A stretch of DNA of 64,000 nucleotides from Escherichia coli (GCF_017348835.2 NZ_CP071375.1), one strand, 5' to 3'. Shown: positions 1 to 12,438, counted from the first letter of the stretch. Program-made: numbers and translations. The notes: generated by a model not told the origin, from the sequence alone.

Positions 1-125
1 GATGATGTCCTTATATTTGGCATTCCTGAACAAGGAAGAGTAACAACGGGCAGGACGCGAGGGGAATAAATGATTTCTGAAAAGTCCGGTAGCGGAACAT
101 TACCGCCACCGGGAGAATTTGCACG

Positions 126-953
126 TTAGCCGCCGAACTGGTCAGGATCGGGACCGAGACGCTTGCCCTGATCGAGTTTTGCAATTTCGCCGAGTTCGTC
201 TTTGTCGAGACGGAAATCCCAGACATCAAAGTTTTCGACAATGCGTGAAGGTGTGACCGATTTCGGGATCACCACCAGGCCGCTATCCAGATGCCAGCGG
301 ATAACAATCTGCGCCGGGGTTTTGCCATATTTATCTGCCAGATCGCGAATGACTTTCTGATCGAAAACGCCTTTCCCTCCTTGCGCTAATGGGCTCCAGG
401 ATTCGGTCTGGATTTTGTGTGTCGCGTTCCAGGCATGTAGCTGGCGTTGTTGCATCAGCGGGTGAAGTTCGATCTGATTAATAACAGGCGTCACGCCAGT
501 TTCATCAATCAGGCGTTGCAGGTGATGGATCTGGAAGTTGCACACGCCGATGCTTTTGATTAATCCCTCTTTTTGCAATTCGATCATGCCTTTCCATGCT
601 TCGACATAATGGTCGATAGCGGGAACGGGCCAGTGCATTAAGTAGAGGTCGATATAATCAAGCTGGAGTTTTTTCAGGCTGTCGAGCAGGGCTTCGCGGG
701 GGCGCTTGTGGTCGTCGTTCCACAGCTTAGTGGTGATGAACAGTTCTTCTCTGTTGACTGAGGCATTTTTCAGGGCTTTGCCGACACCTTCTTCGTTCTT
801 GTAGGCCGCGGCGGTATCAATCGAGCGATAACCCACTTCTAACGCTTTTTGAATGGCGGTGATTACTTCCTCATTACTTGCTTGCCAGACGCCCAGTCCC
901 AGCTGGGGCATGACATTGCCATCCTGTAGCTTAATAACGGTTGGATTAGCCAT
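126..953 (-). CDS. dkgA: 2,5-diketo-D-gluconate reductase A / methylglyoxal reductase (aldo-keto reductase)
   Basis: 275-aa ORF in track; translation MANPTVIKLQDGNVMPQLGLGVWQ... recognised from memory as E. coli DkgA; full length; synteny with yqhD/yqhC. Confidence 0.9.
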   Translation of the reverse strand: MANPTVIKLQDGNVMPQLGLGVWQASNEEVITAIQKALEVGYRSIDTAAAYKNEEGVGKALKNASVNREELFITTKLWNDDHKRPREALLDSLKKLQLDYIDLYLMHWPVPAIDHYVEAWKGMIELQKEGLIKSIGVCNFQIHHLQRLIDETGVTPVINQIELHPLMQQRQLHAWNATHKIQTESWSPLAQGGKGVFDQKVIRDLADKYGKTPAQIVIRWHLDSGLVVIPKSVTPSRIVENFDVWDFRLDKDELGEIAKLDQGKRLGPDPDQFGG

Positions 954-1057
954 ACGTTCCTCCTTTATATGAACTCACCGGAGCAGGCTCCGGTGAGGTG
1001 TTGTGAACTTAAGTCTGGACGAAATGCCCGAAAACGAAAGTTTGAGGCGTAAAAAGC

Positions 1058-2221
1058 TTAGCGGGCGGCTTCGTATATACGGCGGCTGACATCCAGCGTA
1101 ATGTCATGATTTTCGCCCAGTTGGGTCATGCCGTGCTCTTCCAGTTTTTTCAGCAAAGCCGGGATGGAGCTGCCGTCCAGACCGTAGTCGGAGAGGTGGG
1201 TAGGCACGCCTAATTGCTCAAAGAAATTGCGGGTTGCGGCAATCGCGGCGTCAATACGCTCATCGTCGGAACCTTCAGTGATGTTCCAGACGCGTTCAGC
1301 ATATTGCAGCAGCTTAGCGCGCTTGGTATCGCGTTTTTCATTCCACAGTGCAGGCAGGACGATAGCCAGTGTTTGCGCGTGATCCAGACCGTGCATCGCC
1401 GTCAGTTCGTGACCCAGCATATGCGTTGCCCAGTCCTGCGGTACGCCAGCGCCAATCAAACCGTTCAGCGCCTGCGTCGCCGCCCACATGACGTTGGCGC
1501 GCACATCGTAGTTTTCTGGCTCTTTCAGGGCTTTCGGACCATCTTCGATCAGCGTCAGCAAAATGCCTTCTGCGAAACGGTCCTGAATTTTGGCATCAAC
1601 CGGTTTGGTAACATACTGTTCCACGGTGTGTACAAAGGCGTCCACTACGCCGTTAGCCACCTGACGCGGCGGCAGGGTGTAGGTATAAACCGGATCGAGC
1701 ACGGCAAATACCGGCTGAACATGGGCAGAATGGAACGCCTGCTTATCGCCTGTGGTTTTACGGGAGATCACCGCACCGGCGTTGGATTCTGAACCGGTTG
1801 CTGGCAGCGTCAGCACACAGCCCATCGGGATGGCGCTTTTAATCTCTTTACCACCCGTTTGCAGAATGTGCCACGGATCGATATTTTCCGGATAGTTAGC
1901 CGCTGCGGCGATAAATTTGGTGCCGTCCAGTACAGAACCGCCGCCAACCGCCAGCAGGAAAGTCACTTTCTGTTCGCGAACCAGTTTCACGGCGTTCATC
2001 AGCGTTTCATAAGCCGGGTTTGGCTCAATACCGCCAAATTCCAGCACGTCCATGCCTTTCAGGGCATCCAGAACTTGATCGAGAACGCCGGTTTTTTTCA
2101 CGCTGCCGCCACCGTAGGTAATCAATACGCGAGCATCGTGAGGAATTTGTTCGCGTAAACCAGCGATTGCGCCTTTACCAAACAGAATGCGGGTTGGGGT
2201 GTGCAGATTAAAGTTGTTCAT
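1058..2221 (-). CDS. yqhD: NADPH-dependent aldehyde reductase, iron-containing alcohol dehydrogenase family
   Basis: Track ORF 1058..2245 (395 aa); native start most likely the internal Met of [17 protein letters not shown] (387 aa); Fe-ADH family features (GGGSVLD); recognised as YqhD. Confidence 0.9.
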   Translation of the reverse strand: MNNFNLHTPTRILFGKGAIAGLREQIPHDARVLITYGGGSVKKTGVLDQVLDALKGMDVLEFGGIEPNPAYETLMNAVKLVREQKVTFLLAVGGGSVLDGTKFIAAAANYPENIDPWHILQTGGKEIKSAIPMGCVLTLPATGSESNAGAVISRKTTGDKQAFHSAHVQPVFAVLDPVYTYTLPPRQVANGVVDAFVHTVEQYVTKPVDAKIQDRFAEGILLTLIEDGPKALKEPENYDVRANVMWAATQALNGLIGAGVPQDWATHMLGHELTAMHGLDHAQTLAIVLPALWNEKRDTKRAKLLQYAERVWNITEGSDDERIDAAIAATRNFFEQLGVPTHLSDYGLDGSSIPALLKKLEEHGMTQLGENHDITLDVSRRIYEAAR

Positions 2222-2357
2222 TACTTGCTCCCTTTGCTGGGCCAATATGAGGGCAGAGAACGATCTGCCTGATGTTTTTCATTGTGATCGCCAGCGCCCT
2301 GGCTCTCAATGCTCATTTCTGCCTATGTCTTGCCTATTTCTCCAGAGTGCTGGAGAA

Positions 2358-3314
2358 ATGCTACAAAATTGCGCACAATCAAATTGCCGCATTATTCCTA
2401 AGAAATTACGCGATATGAAACGTGAAGAGATTTGCCGCTTGCTGGCGGATAAAGTTAATAAACTGAAAAATAAAGAAAATAGTTTGTCAGAACTGTTGCC
2501 TGATGTGCGTTTGTTGTATGGCGAGACGCCTTTCGCACGTACACCGGTGATGTACGAGCCTGGCATCATAATTCTCTTTTCCGGACATAAAATCGGTTAT
2601 ATCAATGAACGCGTGTTTCGTTATGATGCCAATGAATACCTGCTGCTGACGGTGCCGTTGCCGTTTGAGTGCGAAACCTATGCCACGTCAGAGGTGCCGC
2701 TGGCAGGGTTGCGTCTCAATGTCGATATTTTGCAGTTACAGGAACTGTTGATGGACATTGGCGAAGATGATCATTTCCAGCCGTCGATGGCAGCCAGCGG
2801 GATTAACTCCGCCACGTTATCAGAAGAGATTTTATGCGCGGCGGAGCGGTTACTCGACGTGATGGAGCGACCACTGGATGCGCGTATTCTCGGCAAACAG
2901 ATCATCCGCGAAATTCTGTACTACGTGCTGACCGGACCTTGCGGCGGCGCGTTACTGGCGCTGGTCAGTCGCCAGACTCACTTCAGCCTGATTAGCCGCG
3001 TGTTGAAACGGATTGAGAATAAATACACCGAAAACCTGAGCGTCGAGCAACTGGCGGCAGAAGCCAACATGAGCGTATCGGCGTTCCACCATAATTTTAA
3101 GTCTGTCACCAGCACCTCGCCGTTGCAGTATTTGAAGAATTACCGTCTGCATAAGGCGCGGATGATGATCATCCACGACGGCATGAAGGCCAGCGCGGCG
3201 GCGATGCGCGTCGGCTATGAAAGCGCATCGCAATTTAGCCGTGAGTTTAAACGTTACTTCGGTGTGACGCCGGGGGAAGATGCGGCAAGAATGCGGGCGA
3301 TGCAGGGGAATTAA
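2358..3314 (+). CDS. yqhC: AraC-family transcriptional activator of yqhD-dkgA
   Basis: Track ORF 2187..3314; start trimmed to Met of [10 protein letters not shown] (318 aa); C-terminal AraC-type HTH region; divergent from yqhD as in K-12. Confidence 0.85.
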   Translation: MLQNCAQSNCRIIPKKLRDMKREEICRLLADKVNKLKNKENSLSELLPDVRLLYGETPFARTPVMYEPGIIILFSGHKIGYINERVFRYDANEYLLLTVPLPFECETYATSEVPLAGLRLNVDILQLQELLMDIGEDDHFQPSMAASGINSATLSEEILCAAERLLDVMERPLDARILGKQIIREILYYVLTGPCGGALLALVSRQTHFSLISRVLKRIENKYTENLSVEQLAAEANMSVSAFHHNFKSVTSTSPLQYLKNYRLHKARMMIIHDGMKASAAAMRVGYESASQFSREFKRYFGVTPGEDAARMRAMQGN

Positions 3315-3318
3315 ATAC

Positions 3319-3342
3319 GTTCCCGGTACAGCAACCGGGAAC
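3319..3342. terminator. GC-rich hairpin between convergent yqhC and yghB (putative bidirectional terminator)
   Basis: Inverted repeat gttcccggt...accgggaac seen directly between the two stop codons. Confidence 0.45.
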
Positions 3343-3353
3343 AGGGAAAATCG

Positions 3354-4013
3354 TCAGGCGTTACAGTATTTTTTTTTAATCACCACAAACAGCGTGCCCA
3401 ACAAGCCAGCGGTTAACAAGGCAATTGGCAGGATCATCAGGAACGTCATTACCTGATCTTCATGGCGTTTAACGAACGGAATCATACTTAAGGCATAGCC
3501 GAAACTGGTTACTACGCTGACCCACAGCAATCCGCTTAACCAGTTGAAAAACTGGAAACGGCGGTTTGGCAGACCGGAAATTCCCGCCATGGTTGGCAGC
3601 AACGTACGGACAAATGCAAGAAAACGTCCAGCCAGCAGCGCCAGCAGACCGTGGCGGTCAAACATGCAGGTGGCGCGCTGGTGGTATTTAGCAGGAAGCT
3701 GTGCCAGCCAGCCTTTCACCGTTTTGGTATTCCCTAACCAGCGCCCCTGAATATAACTTAGCCAGCAGCCCAGACTTGCTGCGGCGGTCAGAATCGCAAT
3801 CGTAGGCAGAAAATCCATAACCCCCTGGGCAATCAATGCGCCAGCCAATATCAACAAGCTGTCGCCTGGCAAAAATGAGGCGGGCAGCAGGCCGTTTTCT
3901 AAAAACAGCGTGGCAAACATGACAAAGTAAACAACGCTAACAATATGAGGATCCGCCAGCGCGGCAAAGTCGTGTTGCCAGAGCGCAGCGATGATATCTT
4001 GAATAACAGCCAT
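3354..4013 (-). CDS. yghB: DedA-family inner membrane protein
   Basis: 219-aa hydrophobic ORF; translation recognised as YghB; paralogue yqjA also present at 59642..60304. Confidence 0.85.
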
Positions 4014-4152
4014 GGACTTTCCTGTGGAACAGCGTTTAAGCCTTTATCTGCCTATTGTACTCCTGAATCGTCCGGGACGCCTTGATCCCGGACGCAACAA
4101 TTTAAGACTTTTCACAATAAAATGTCTGCAAAATTGTCCAAAAGTGGCAATG

Positions 4153-5340
4153 TTATACAATCCGCGCAAAACCGGCGTCCAGATCGGCAATCAGATCGTC
4201 GACATCTTCCAGACCAATATGCAGGCGAATCAAGGTCCCGCTAAAATCGATCTCGCCTTGTGGGCGAATGGCGGCGATATGTTCTGGTTGATTTGCCAGG
4301 ATCAACGATTCATACCCACCCCACGAGTAGGCCATGCTGAATAAACTGAAGTTATCCAGATAGTTCGCCAGCTCTTCATCATTGAGTTTTTTCTTAAGCA
4401 CAAAGGAAAATAGCCCGCTGCTGCCTGTAAAGTCTCGTTTCCAGAATTCGTGTCCTTTACTGCCAGGCAGGGCAGGGTGGTTAACTCGCGCAACTTGCGG
4501 ATGTTCTGCCAGCCATTCGGCCACTTTCAGACTGCTTTCATGATGTTGACGCAAACGCACACCTAATGTGCGCAGGCCACGGCTGGTTATATAGGCGGTA
4601 TCAGCATCGACCATTTGGCCCATCAGATAGGCATTTTCCCGTAGCTGCTCCCAGCAACGGGCATTGCACACCGCAGTGCCAATCATCGCATCTGAATGCC
4701 CAACCAGATATTTGGTGGCGGCCTGAATAGAAACATCGATGCCAAAATCCAGCGCCTTAAACAGCATACCGGCTGCCCAGGTGTTGTCGATCATAATGAT
4801 GGCATCCGGCACCACACTGCGCACGGCGGCAACAATCGCCGGAACGTCGTGGACTTCCATAGTGATGGAACCCGGCGATTCCAGAAATACGATTTTAGTG
4901 TTTGGCTGCAGATGCTTAACGATATCGGTACCAATCAGCGGATCAAACCACGATGTCGTTACGCCCAGTTTGCTGAGGATTTTGCTACAGAAATCTTGAC
5001 TCGGTTCATAGGCGGTGTTGGTCATCAACACATGATCGCCCTGTTCGACAAAAGCAAGAATGGAATTAGCAACCGCTGCCGCCCCGCAGGGAAATAGCAC
5101 GCAGCCTGCGCCACCTTCCAGTTCACACATCGCTTGTTGTAAGGAAAAATGGGTTAACGTTCCGCGCCGTCCATAGAACAACTCGCCATTGGCGCGATTG
5201 CGTGTCGCGTGCTTTTTGGCTTCCACACTGTCAAAGACCAGCGAAGAAGCGCGCTGAATCACGCTATTTACCGCGCCGAGAGTGTATTTTTTGCTGCGTC
5301 CTGCATTCACCAGTTGAGTATCAAGCTTTTTGTCCGCCAT
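4153..5340 (-). CDS. metC: cystathionine beta-lyase (PLP-dependent)
   Basis: Track ORF 4153..5475; start trimmed to Met of [15 protein letters not shown] (395 aa); recognised as MetC. Confidence 0.9.
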   Translation of the reverse strand: MADKKLDTQLVNAGRSKKYTLGAVNSVIQRASSLVFDSVEAKKHATRNRANGELFYGRRGTLTHFSLQQAMCELEGGAGCVLFPCGAAAVANSILAFVEQGDHVLMTNTAYEPSQDFCSKILSKLGVTTSWFDPLIGTDIVKHLQPNTKIVFLESPGSITMEVHDVPAIVAAVRSVVPDAIIMIDNTWAAGMLFKALDFGIDVSIQAATKYLVGHSDAMIGTAVCNARCWEQLRENAYLMGQMVDADTAYITSRGLRTLGVRLRQHHESSLKVAEWLAEHPQVARVNHPALPGSKGHEFWKRDFTGSSGLFSFVLKKKLNDEELANYLDNFSLFSMAYSWGGYESLILANQPEHIAAIRPQGEIDFSGTLIRLHIGLEDVDDLIADLDAGFARIV

Positions 5341-5503
5341 GTCGGGATTCCTGTTTTTATACGTCTGGATGTCTAAACTAGCATGAATATTCGCGGGCGC
5401 ATCCTGAAGAATTGGCATAAAGCAGAAAATTTTCGCAAATGGCGTGCTGGTGACTTTTTTACTGCGTAAACGCAAGGAAAAGAAAGCAAAGGTACGGCAG
5501 TAT

Positions 5504-5532
5504 GCAAATAGTAATGAGAACGACTATCAATT
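5504..5532. promoter_or_regulatory. Fur-box-like sequence upstream of exbB
   Basis: AT-rich element aaatagtaatgagaacgactatcaatt resembling the GATAATGATAATCATTATC Fur consensus; exbBD is Fur-regulated in E. coli (established); match is imperfect. Confidence 0.3.
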
Positions 5533-5591
5533 CGACGTCGTTTTGATATTATTATGCGCAGATTTTGTGACTTGCGTCCTGGAGATACACA

Positions 5592-6326
5592 GTGGGTAAT
5601 AATTTAATGCAGACGGACCTTTCCGTCTGGGGTATGTATCAGCACGCCGATATTGTCGTTAAGTGCGTGATGATTGGGCTTATTTTGGCCTCCGTAGTCA
5701 CCTGGGCAATCTTCTTCAGTAAGAGCGTAGAGTTCTTCAATCAGAAGCGTCGCCTTAAGCGCGAGCAGCAACTGCTGGCTGAAGCGCGTTCCTTAAACCA
5801 GGCCAACGATATCGCCGCTGATTTTGGTAGCAAAAGCTTAAGCCTGCATTTGCTCAATGAAGCGCAGAATGAGCTGGAACTGTCAGAAGGCAGCGACGAT
5901 AACGAAGGTATTAAAGAACGTACCAGCTTCCGTCTGGAGCGTCGGGTCGCCGCAGTAGGTCGTCAAATGGGCCGCGGTAACGGCTATCTGGCAACCATCG
6001 GCGCGATTTCGCCGTTCGTTGGGCTGTTTGGTACGGTCTGGGGCATCATGAACAGCTTTATTGGTATCGCGCAAACGCAGACTACTAACCTGGCAGTCGT
6101 TGCGCCGGGTATCGCAGAAGCTCTGTTAGCAACGGCAATCGGTCTGGTGGCAGCGATTCCGGCGGTCGTTATCTATAACGTATTCGCGCGTCAGATTGGC
6201 GGCTTTAAAGCGATGCTGGGTGATGTCGCAGCGCAGGTATTGTTGCTGCAAAGCCGTGACCTGGATCTGGAAGCCAGCGCCGCTGCGCATCCGGTTCGTG
6301 TCGCACAAAAATTACGCGCAGGATAA
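5592..6326 (+). CDS. exbB: TonB-system proton-channel protein ExbB
   Basis: 244-aa ORF with GTG start; translation recognised as ExbB; followed by exbD. Confidence 0.9.
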   Translation: MGNNLMQTDLSVWGMYQHADIVVKCVMIGLILASVVTWAIFFSKSVEFFNQKRRLKREQQLLAEARSLNQANDIAADFGSKSLSLHLLNEAQNELELSEGSDDNEGIKERTSFRLERRVAAVGRQMGRGNGYLATIGAISPFVGLFGTVWGIMNSFIGIAQTQTTNLAVVAPGIAEALLATAIGLVAAIPAVVIYNVFARQIGGFKAMLGDVAAQVLLLQSRDLDLEASAAAHPVRVAQKLRAG

Positions 6327-6332
6327 TGTCCG

Positions 6333-6758
6333 ATGGCAATGCATCTTAACGAAAACCTCGACGATAACGGCGAAATGCATGATATCAACGTGACGCCGTT
6401 TATCGACGTGATGTTGGTTCTGCTGATTATCTTTATGGTGGCGGCACCGTTAGCGACGGTAGATGTGAAGGTGAACTTGCCTGCTTCTACCAGCACGCCG
6501 CAGCCACGCCCGGAAAAACCGGTTTATCTGTCGGTGAAGGCAGACAACTCGATGTTTATCGGTAACGATCCGGTCACCGATGAAACAATGATTACGGCGT
6601 TGAATGCGTTAACCGAAGGCAAGAAAGACACCACCATCTTCTTCCGAGCGGATAAAACCGTCGATTACGAGACGTTGATGAAGGTAATGGATACGCTGCA
6701 TCAGGCGGGTTACCTGAAGATAGGTCTGGTCGGCGAAGAAACCGCCAAAGCGAAGTAA
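6333..6758 (+). CDS. exbD: TonB-system protein ExbD
   Basis: 141-aa ORF; translation recognised as ExbD; 7-bp gap after exbB. Confidence 0.9.
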   Translation: MAMHLNENLDDNGEMHDINVTPFIDVMLVLLIIFMVAAPLATVDVKVNLPASTSTPQPRPEKPVYLSVKADNSMFIGNDPVTDETMITALNALTEGKKDTTIFFRADKTVDYETLMKVMDTLHQAGYLKIGLVGEETAKAK

Positions 6759-6767
6759 AGTAGAATT

Positions 6768-6978
6768 GCCTGATGCGCTACGCTCATCAAGCCTACAAAA
6801 TCTATTGCAACATGTTGAATCTTCGTGCGTTTGTAGGCCGGATAAGGCGTTCACGCCGCATCCGGCATTAGGTGCTCAATGCCTGATGCGCTACGCTTAT
6901 CAGGCCTACAAAATCTATTGCAACATGTTGAATCTTCATGCGTTTGTAGGCGGATAAGGCGTTTTCGCCACATCAGGT
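6768..6978. repeat. REP/BIME cluster (tandem repetitive extragenic palindromes)
   Basis: Two near-identical ~100-bp units containing gcctgatgcgctacgct and ggataaggcgtt...gccgcatccggc motifs typical of E. coli REP elements; coordinates approximate. Confidence 0.7.
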
Positions 6979-6995
6979 AAGAGTGAATTCACAAT

Positions 6996-7030
6996 GATGC
7001 CCGGTTGCTTTTCACAACCGGGCATTTTTT
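6996..7030. terminator. Rho-independent terminator between exbD and yghA
   Basis: Hairpin gcccggttg...caaccgggc followed by T-run, seen directly. Confidence 0.55.
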
Positions 7031-7914
7031 TAACCTAAATGCTCGCCGCCGCACACGCCGTGCACTTCTGCGGTGACGTAGCTCGACTCCTGACTTGCCA
7101 GATAAACATATACAGGGGCCAGTTCCGCCGGTTGCCCCGCACGCTTCATCGGCGTTTTCTGACCAAACTGCGGGATCTTATCCTGCGTTTGTCCGCCGGA
7201 AATTTGTAGTGCCGTCCAGATAGGGCCTGGCGCGACAATATTCACCCGAATACCTTTCTCCGCGACCTGTTTTGCCAGGCCACGGCTGTAGTTCAGAATC
7301 GCCGCCTTCGTAGCCGCATAGTCCAGTAAATGCGGACTTGGCTGGTATGCCTGGATTGACGAAGTGGTGATGATACTTGCACCTTTCGGTAGCAGGGGGA
7401 TCGCTTCCTGGGTTAGCCAGAACAGCGCGAAAACGTTAATGGCAAAGGTCTTTTGAAACTGTTCGCTGGTGAGGTCTGCAATATCCGGAATGGCAACCTG
7501 TTTCCCGGCGACCAGCGCCATAATATCCAGCCCACCTAAGGCCTTATGCGCTTCGTGAACCAGCGAACGGGCAAATTTCTCATCGCTTAAATCGCCTGGC
7601 AGCAGAACGGCTTTGCGTCCGCATTCTTCAATGATCTTTTTCACATCCTGAGCGTCTTCTTCTTCCACGGGAAGATAACTGATCGCCACGTCAGCCCCTT
7701 CACGCGCGTAAGCGATGGCGGCAGCGCGACCGATTCCGGAATCGCCCCCTGTCACCAGGGCTTTACGATCTTTCAGGCGACCGCTACCAACATAGGTTTT
7801 CTCGCCGCAATCTGGTACCGGTGTCATCTTCGCCTGGATGCCTGGCGTCGGTTGTTTCTGTTTGGGATATTCACCAGTGTAATACTGCGTGGTCGGGTCT
7901 TTTAAATGAGACAT
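7030..7914 (-). CDS. yghA: short-chain dehydrogenase/reductase (NAD(P)-binding oxidoreductase)
   Basis: 294-aa ORF; TGGDSGIG Rossmann motif; recognised as YghA. Confidence 0.85.
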   Translation of the reverse strand: MSHLKDPTTQYYTGEYPKQKQPTPGIQAKMTPVPDCGEKTYVGSGRLKDRKALVTGGDSGIGRAAAIAYAREGADVAISYLPVEEEDAQDVKKIIEECGRKAVLLPGDLSDEKFARSLVHEAHKALGGLDIMALVAGKQVAIPDIADLTSEQFQKTFAINVFALFWLTQEAIPLLPKGASIITTSSIQAYQPSPHLLDYAATKAAILNYSRGLAKQVAEKGIRVNIVAPGPIWTALQISGGQTQDKIPQFGQKTPMKRAGQPAELAPVYVYLASQESSYVTAEVHGVCGGEHLG

Positions 7915-8035
7915 CGTTTTTCTCCCTTCAGGTTCAACGTCCTTTAAGGGTAGACGCTCTCGATGCGTTGATAAGGGAACCAGGAAGATCCCTAACCCTC
8001 AGAATTATGCGACAAAGGTTTAACGGATATGTTGA

Positions 8036-8599
<564 letters not shown>

Positions 8600-8605
8600 T
8601 CTGAT

Positions 8606-8628
8606 ACGGGCGCGGTTCTCGCGCCCGT
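8606..8628. terminator. Hairpin between convergent yqhA and gpr (putative bidirectional terminator)
   Basis: Inverted repeat acgggcgcg gttctc gcgcccgt seen directly. Confidence 0.45.
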
Positions 8629-8638
8629 AATTAACAGG

Positions 8639-9679
8639 TCATTTATCGGAAGACGCCTGCCACAGATTCAGCTCGCCATCGGCGATATGCTGATCAATCT
8701 GCGCCAGCTCCTCGGTGCTAAATGTCTGATTATTCAGCGCCTGCACGTTCTCCTCAAGTTGCTCCGCGCGGCTGGCACCAATCAATACCGACGTCACGCG
8801 ATCATCTTTCAGCAACCAGCTTAACGCCATTTGCGTCATTGATTGTCCACGCTGCTGTGCCATTTCATTCAATAAGCGCAGGCTGTTGAGGTTGGCTTCG
8901 GTGAGCATTTTCGGCGTCAGGCCACGAACTTTATTCCCTTCACGATGCATCCGTGAATCTTCAGGAATGCCGTTGAGATATTTTCCGGTCAGCAATCCCT
9001 GAGCCAGAGGAGTAAAGGCAATGCAGCCCACGCCGTTATTTTGCAGGGTATCCAGCAGGCCGCTTTTATCCACCCAGCGGTTCAGTAAATTGTACGAAGG
9101 TTGATGAATTAACAGCGGAATTTTCCACTCGCGCAGTAACTCGACCATTTTTTGCGTCCGCTCAGGCGAGTAAGAGGAGATCCCGACATAAAGCGCCTTA
9201 CCGCTTTGTACCGCATGAGCCAGCGCAGAGGCGGTTTCTTCCATCGGCGTATTTTCATCGACGCGATGAGAGTAAAAGATATCGACATACTCAAGCCCCA
9301 TACGCTTCAGGCTTTGGTCGAGGCTGGCGAGCAGGTATTTACGTGAACCGCCAGAGCCGTACGGGCCGGGCCACATATCGTAGCCAGCCTTGGTAGAGAT
9401 AATCAGTTCATCGCGATAAGCGGCAAAATCCTCCCGCAGCAGGCGACCAAAGTTCTCTTCTGCGCTTCCTGGAGGCGGCCCGTAATTGTTGGCTAAATCA
9501 AAGTGCGTAATGCCCAAATCAAACGCTTTACGCAGGATCGCACGCTGTGATTCCAGCGCGTTAACGTGACCGAAATTGTGCCATAAACCGAGCGATAACG
9601 CGGGCAGGCGTAAACCACTTTTTCCGCAATAGCGGTACTGCATCTGCCCGTAACGTTCGGGATTCGCTAACCAGACCAT
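8639..9679 (-). CDS. gpr: L-glyceraldehyde 3-phosphate reductase (aldo-keto reductase)
   Basis: 346-aa ORF; translation MVWLANPERYGQMQYRYCGKSGLRLPALSLGLW recognised as Gpr (YghZ). Confidence 0.85.
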   Translation of the reverse strand: MVWLANPERYGQMQYRYCGKSGLRLPALSLGLWHNFGHVNALESQRAILRKAFDLGITHFDLANNYGPPPGSAEENFGRLLREDFAAYRDELIISTKAGYDMWPGPYGSGGSRKYLLASLDQSLKRMGLEYVDIFYSHRVDENTPMEETASALAHAVQSGKALYVGISSYSPERTQKMVELLREWKIPLLIHQPSYNLLNRWVDKSGLLDTLQNNGVGCIAFTPLAQGLLTGKYLNGIPEDSRMHREGNKVRGLTPKMLTEANLNSLRLLNEMAQQRGQSMTQMALSWLLKDDRVTSVLIGASRAEQLEENVQALNNQTFSTEELAQIDQHIADGELNLWQASSDK

Positions 9680-9835
9680 GACCTCTCCTTTCCACCGTTC
9701 AATTTCGAAACAATGTTTCTAGTTTAGCGATTCGCCAGCGCGTATCCCGTAGTCTGGCTCACAGAGTGACGAAAAATTGGGCAAAAACACGCGCTTATGC
9801 TTTGCTTAAAACAACACCAGTTGAGGAGTGCAACG

Positions 9836-10723
9836 ATGCCGCGTTTAACCGCCAAAGATTTCCCACAAGAGTTGCTGGATTACTACGACTATTACGCTCA
9901 CGGGAAAATCTCGAAACGTGAGTTCCTCAACCTTGCGGCGAAGTATGCGGTAGGCGGGATGACGGCATTAGCGTTATTTGATTTGCTCAAACCAAATTAT
10001 GCGCTGGCGACTCAGGTAGAGTTTACCGACCCGGAAATTGTTGCTGAGTACATCACGTATCCTTCGCCAAATGGTCACGGCGAGGTACGGGGTTATCTGG
10101 TGAAACCCGCAAGGATGAGCGGCAAAACGCCAGCCGTGGTGGTGGTGCATGAGAATCGTGGACTGAATCCGTATATCGAAGATGTGGCACGGCGAGTGGC
10201 GAAGGCGGGGTATATCGCCCTGGCACCTGACGGCTTAAGTTCCGTTGGAGGTTATCCGGGTAATGATGATAAAGGTCGTGAGCTGCAACAGCAGGTTGAT
10301 CCAACCAAACTGATGAATGATTTCTTTGCCGCAATTGAGTTTATGCAACGCTATCCGCAAGCGACAGGCAAAGTGGGTATTACCGGATTTTGCTATGGCG
10401 GTGGCGTATCGAACGCGGCGGCTGTCGCGTATCCGGAACTGGCCTGCGCGGTGCCGTTTTATGGTCGTCAGGCACCCACTGCCGATGTGGCGAAGATTGA
10501 AGCGCCTTTACTACTCCACTTCGCGGAACTGGACACCCGAATCAACGAGGGCTGGCCTGCTTACGAGGCGGCGTTGAAAGCCAATAATAAGGTTTATGAG
10601 GCGTATATCTATCCGGGGGTTAATCACGGATTCCATAATGATTCCACGCCCCGTTATGACAAATCTGCCGCCGATCTTGCCTGGCAAAGGACACTGAAAT
10701 GGTTCGATAAATATCTCTCCTGA
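9836..10723 (+). CDS. yghX: dienelactone hydrolase-family protein
   Basis: Track ORF 9797..10723 (308 aa); probable start at MPRLTAKDF; alpha/beta-hydrolase features; recognised as YghX; reading frame uninterrupted here. Confidence 0.7.
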   Translation: MPRLTAKDFPQELLDYYDYYAHGKISKREFLNLAAKYAVGGMTALALFDLLKPNYALATQVEFTDPEIVAEYITYPSPNGHGEVRGYLVKPARMSGKTPAVVVVHENRGLNPYIEDVARRVAKAGYIALAPDGLSSVGGYPGNDDKGRELQQQVDPTKLMNDFFAAIEFMQRYPQATGKVGITGFCYGGGVSNAAAVAYPELACAVPFYGRQAPTADVAKIEAPLLLHFAELDTRINEGWPAYEAALKANNKVYEAYIYPGVNHGFHNDSTPRYDKSAADLAWQRTLKWFDKYLS

Positions 10724-10841
10724 TAGGTTTATCTCTTACGGGATTACGTCTTAAACAAGCATGAAAAAATAGCGTGCGCAAAAGTCGTTCTTTGCCTAAA
10801 ATATTGCTATATATGATGATATATAGCGAATGAGGTGAACG

Positions 10842-11129
10842 ATGAATAACCATTTTGGTAAAGGCTTAATGGCGGGATTAAAAGCAACGCATGCCGACAG
10901 TGCGGTTAATGTGACAAAATTCTGTGCCGATTATAAACGCGGTTTTGTATTAGGCTACTCACACCGGATGTACGAAAAGACCGGAGATCGCCAGCTTAGC
11001 GCCTGGGAAGCGGGTATTCTGACGCGCCGCTATGGACTGGATAAAGAGATGGTAATGGATTTCTTTCGTGAGAATAATTCCTGTTCTACGTTGCGCTTTT
11101 TTATGGCCGGTTATCGCCTCGAAAATTGA
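10842..11129 (+). CDS. yghW: DUF2623-family small protein
   Basis: 95-aa ORF in the position of yghW upstream of hybO; recognised from memory with moderate certainty. Confidence 0.7.
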
Positions 11130-11317
11130 TCAAACATACGTATTATCTTGCTTTAATTAATTACACTAATGCTTCTTCCCTTCGTTTTAGCACCCCGCCG
11201 CAGTATCATGATATCGATAACCATAATAAATGTGTGGTAAATGGCGCATCGATCGCATTATTGATTTTGCGATTGAGGCAAAATATATGCCAGGTCTTCG
11301 CAACGGAATAACTATAA

Positions 11318-12436
11318 ATGACTGGAGATAACACCCTCATCCATTCTCACGGCATTAACCGTCGTGATTTCATGAAGCTTTGTGCAGCATTAGCCGCCAC
11401 CATGGGGTTAAGTAGCAAAGCCGCTGCAGAGATGGCCGAATCGGTTACTAACCCGCAGCGTCCGCCAGTTATCTGGATTGGCGCGCAGGAGTGCACCGGT
11501 TGTACGGAATCTCTGCTTCGTGCAACGCATCCAACGGTAGAAAACCTCGTACTGGAGACTATCTCTCTGGAGTATCACGAAGTGCTTTCCGCCGCCTTCG
11601 GTCATCAGGTCGAAGAGAACAAACATAACGCTCTCGAGAAGTACAAAGGGCAGTATGTGTTAGTGGTGGATGGTTCCATCCCATTAAAAGATAACGGTAT
11701 TTATTGCATGGTTGCCGGTGAGCCGATTGTGGATCACATCCGCAAAGCGGCGGAAGGCGCAGCAGCCATTATCGCTATCGGTTCCTGCTCTGCGTGGGGC
11801 GGTGTTGCCGCAGCTGGAGTTAACCCAACTGGCGCAGTCAGCCTGCAAGAAGTTCTGCCAGGCAAAACCGTTATCAACATTCCGGGCTGCCCGCCGAACC
11901 CGCACAACTTCCTCGCGACCGTTGCGCACATCATCACTTACGGCAAACCGCCGAAACTGGATGACAAAAACCGTCCGACCTTCGCCTATGGCCGTCTGAT
12001 TCACGAACACTGCGAACGTCGCCCGCACTTCGATGCTGGTCGTTTTGCCAAAGAGTTCGGTGATGAAGGCCACCGCGAAGGCTGGTGCCTGTACCACCTC
12101 GGCTGTAAAGGGCCAGAAACTTACGGCAACTGCTCAACGCTGCAATTCTGCGATGTTGGCGGTGTGTGGCCGGTGGCCATTGGTCACCCGTGCTATGGCT
12201 GTAACGAAGAAGGTATCGGCTTCCATAAAGGCATCCATCAGCTTGCCAACGTCGAAAATCAGACTCCGCGTTCACAGAAACCGGATGTTAACGCTAAAGA
12301 GGGCGGCAACGTCTCTGCAGGCGCTATTGGTTTGCTCGGCGGTGTGGTTGGGCTGGTTGCCGGTGTCAGCGTGATGGCGGTGCGTGAACTGGGTCGTCAG
12401 CAAAAGAAAGATAACGCTGACTCACGGGGAGAATAA
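11318..12436 (+). CDS. hybO: hydrogenase 2 small subunit (Tat-exported, [Fe-S])
   Basis: 372-aa ORF; twin-arginine signal [11 protein letters not shown]; multiple Cys ligands; recognised as HybO. Confidence 0.9.
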   Translation: MTGDNTLIHSHGINRRDFMKLCAALAATMGLSSKAAAEMAESVTNPQRPPVIWIGAQECTGCTESLLRATHPTVENLVLETISLEYHEVLSAAFGHQVEENKHNALEKYKGQYVLVVDGSIPLKDNGIYCMVAGEPIVDHIRKAAEGAAAIIAIGSCSAWGGVAAAGVNPTGAVSLQEVLPGKTVINIPGCPPNPHNFLATVAHIITYGKPPKLDDKNRPTFAYGRLIHEHCERRPHFDAGRFAKEFGDEGHREGWCLYHLGCKGPETYGNCSTLQFCDVGGVWPVAIGHPCYGCNEEGIGFHKGIHQLANVENQTPRSQKPDVNAKEGGNVSAGAIGLLGGVVGLVAGVSVMAVRELGRQQKKDNADSRGE

Positions 12437-12438
12437 CC

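Noticed and set aside
11-241. 76-aa minus-strand ORF at the window start
   Set aside because: Overlaps the 3' end of dkgA in another frame and extends into intergenic DNA; no support.
1214-1792. 192-aa plus-strand ORF
   Set aside because: Antisense to yqhD; shadow frame.
6768-6978. Possible CRISPR array suggested by the tandem repeats
   Set aside because: Repeats are imperfect REP/BIME palindromes with variable spacing and no cas genes nearby; the same motif recurs at many intergenic sites in the window.
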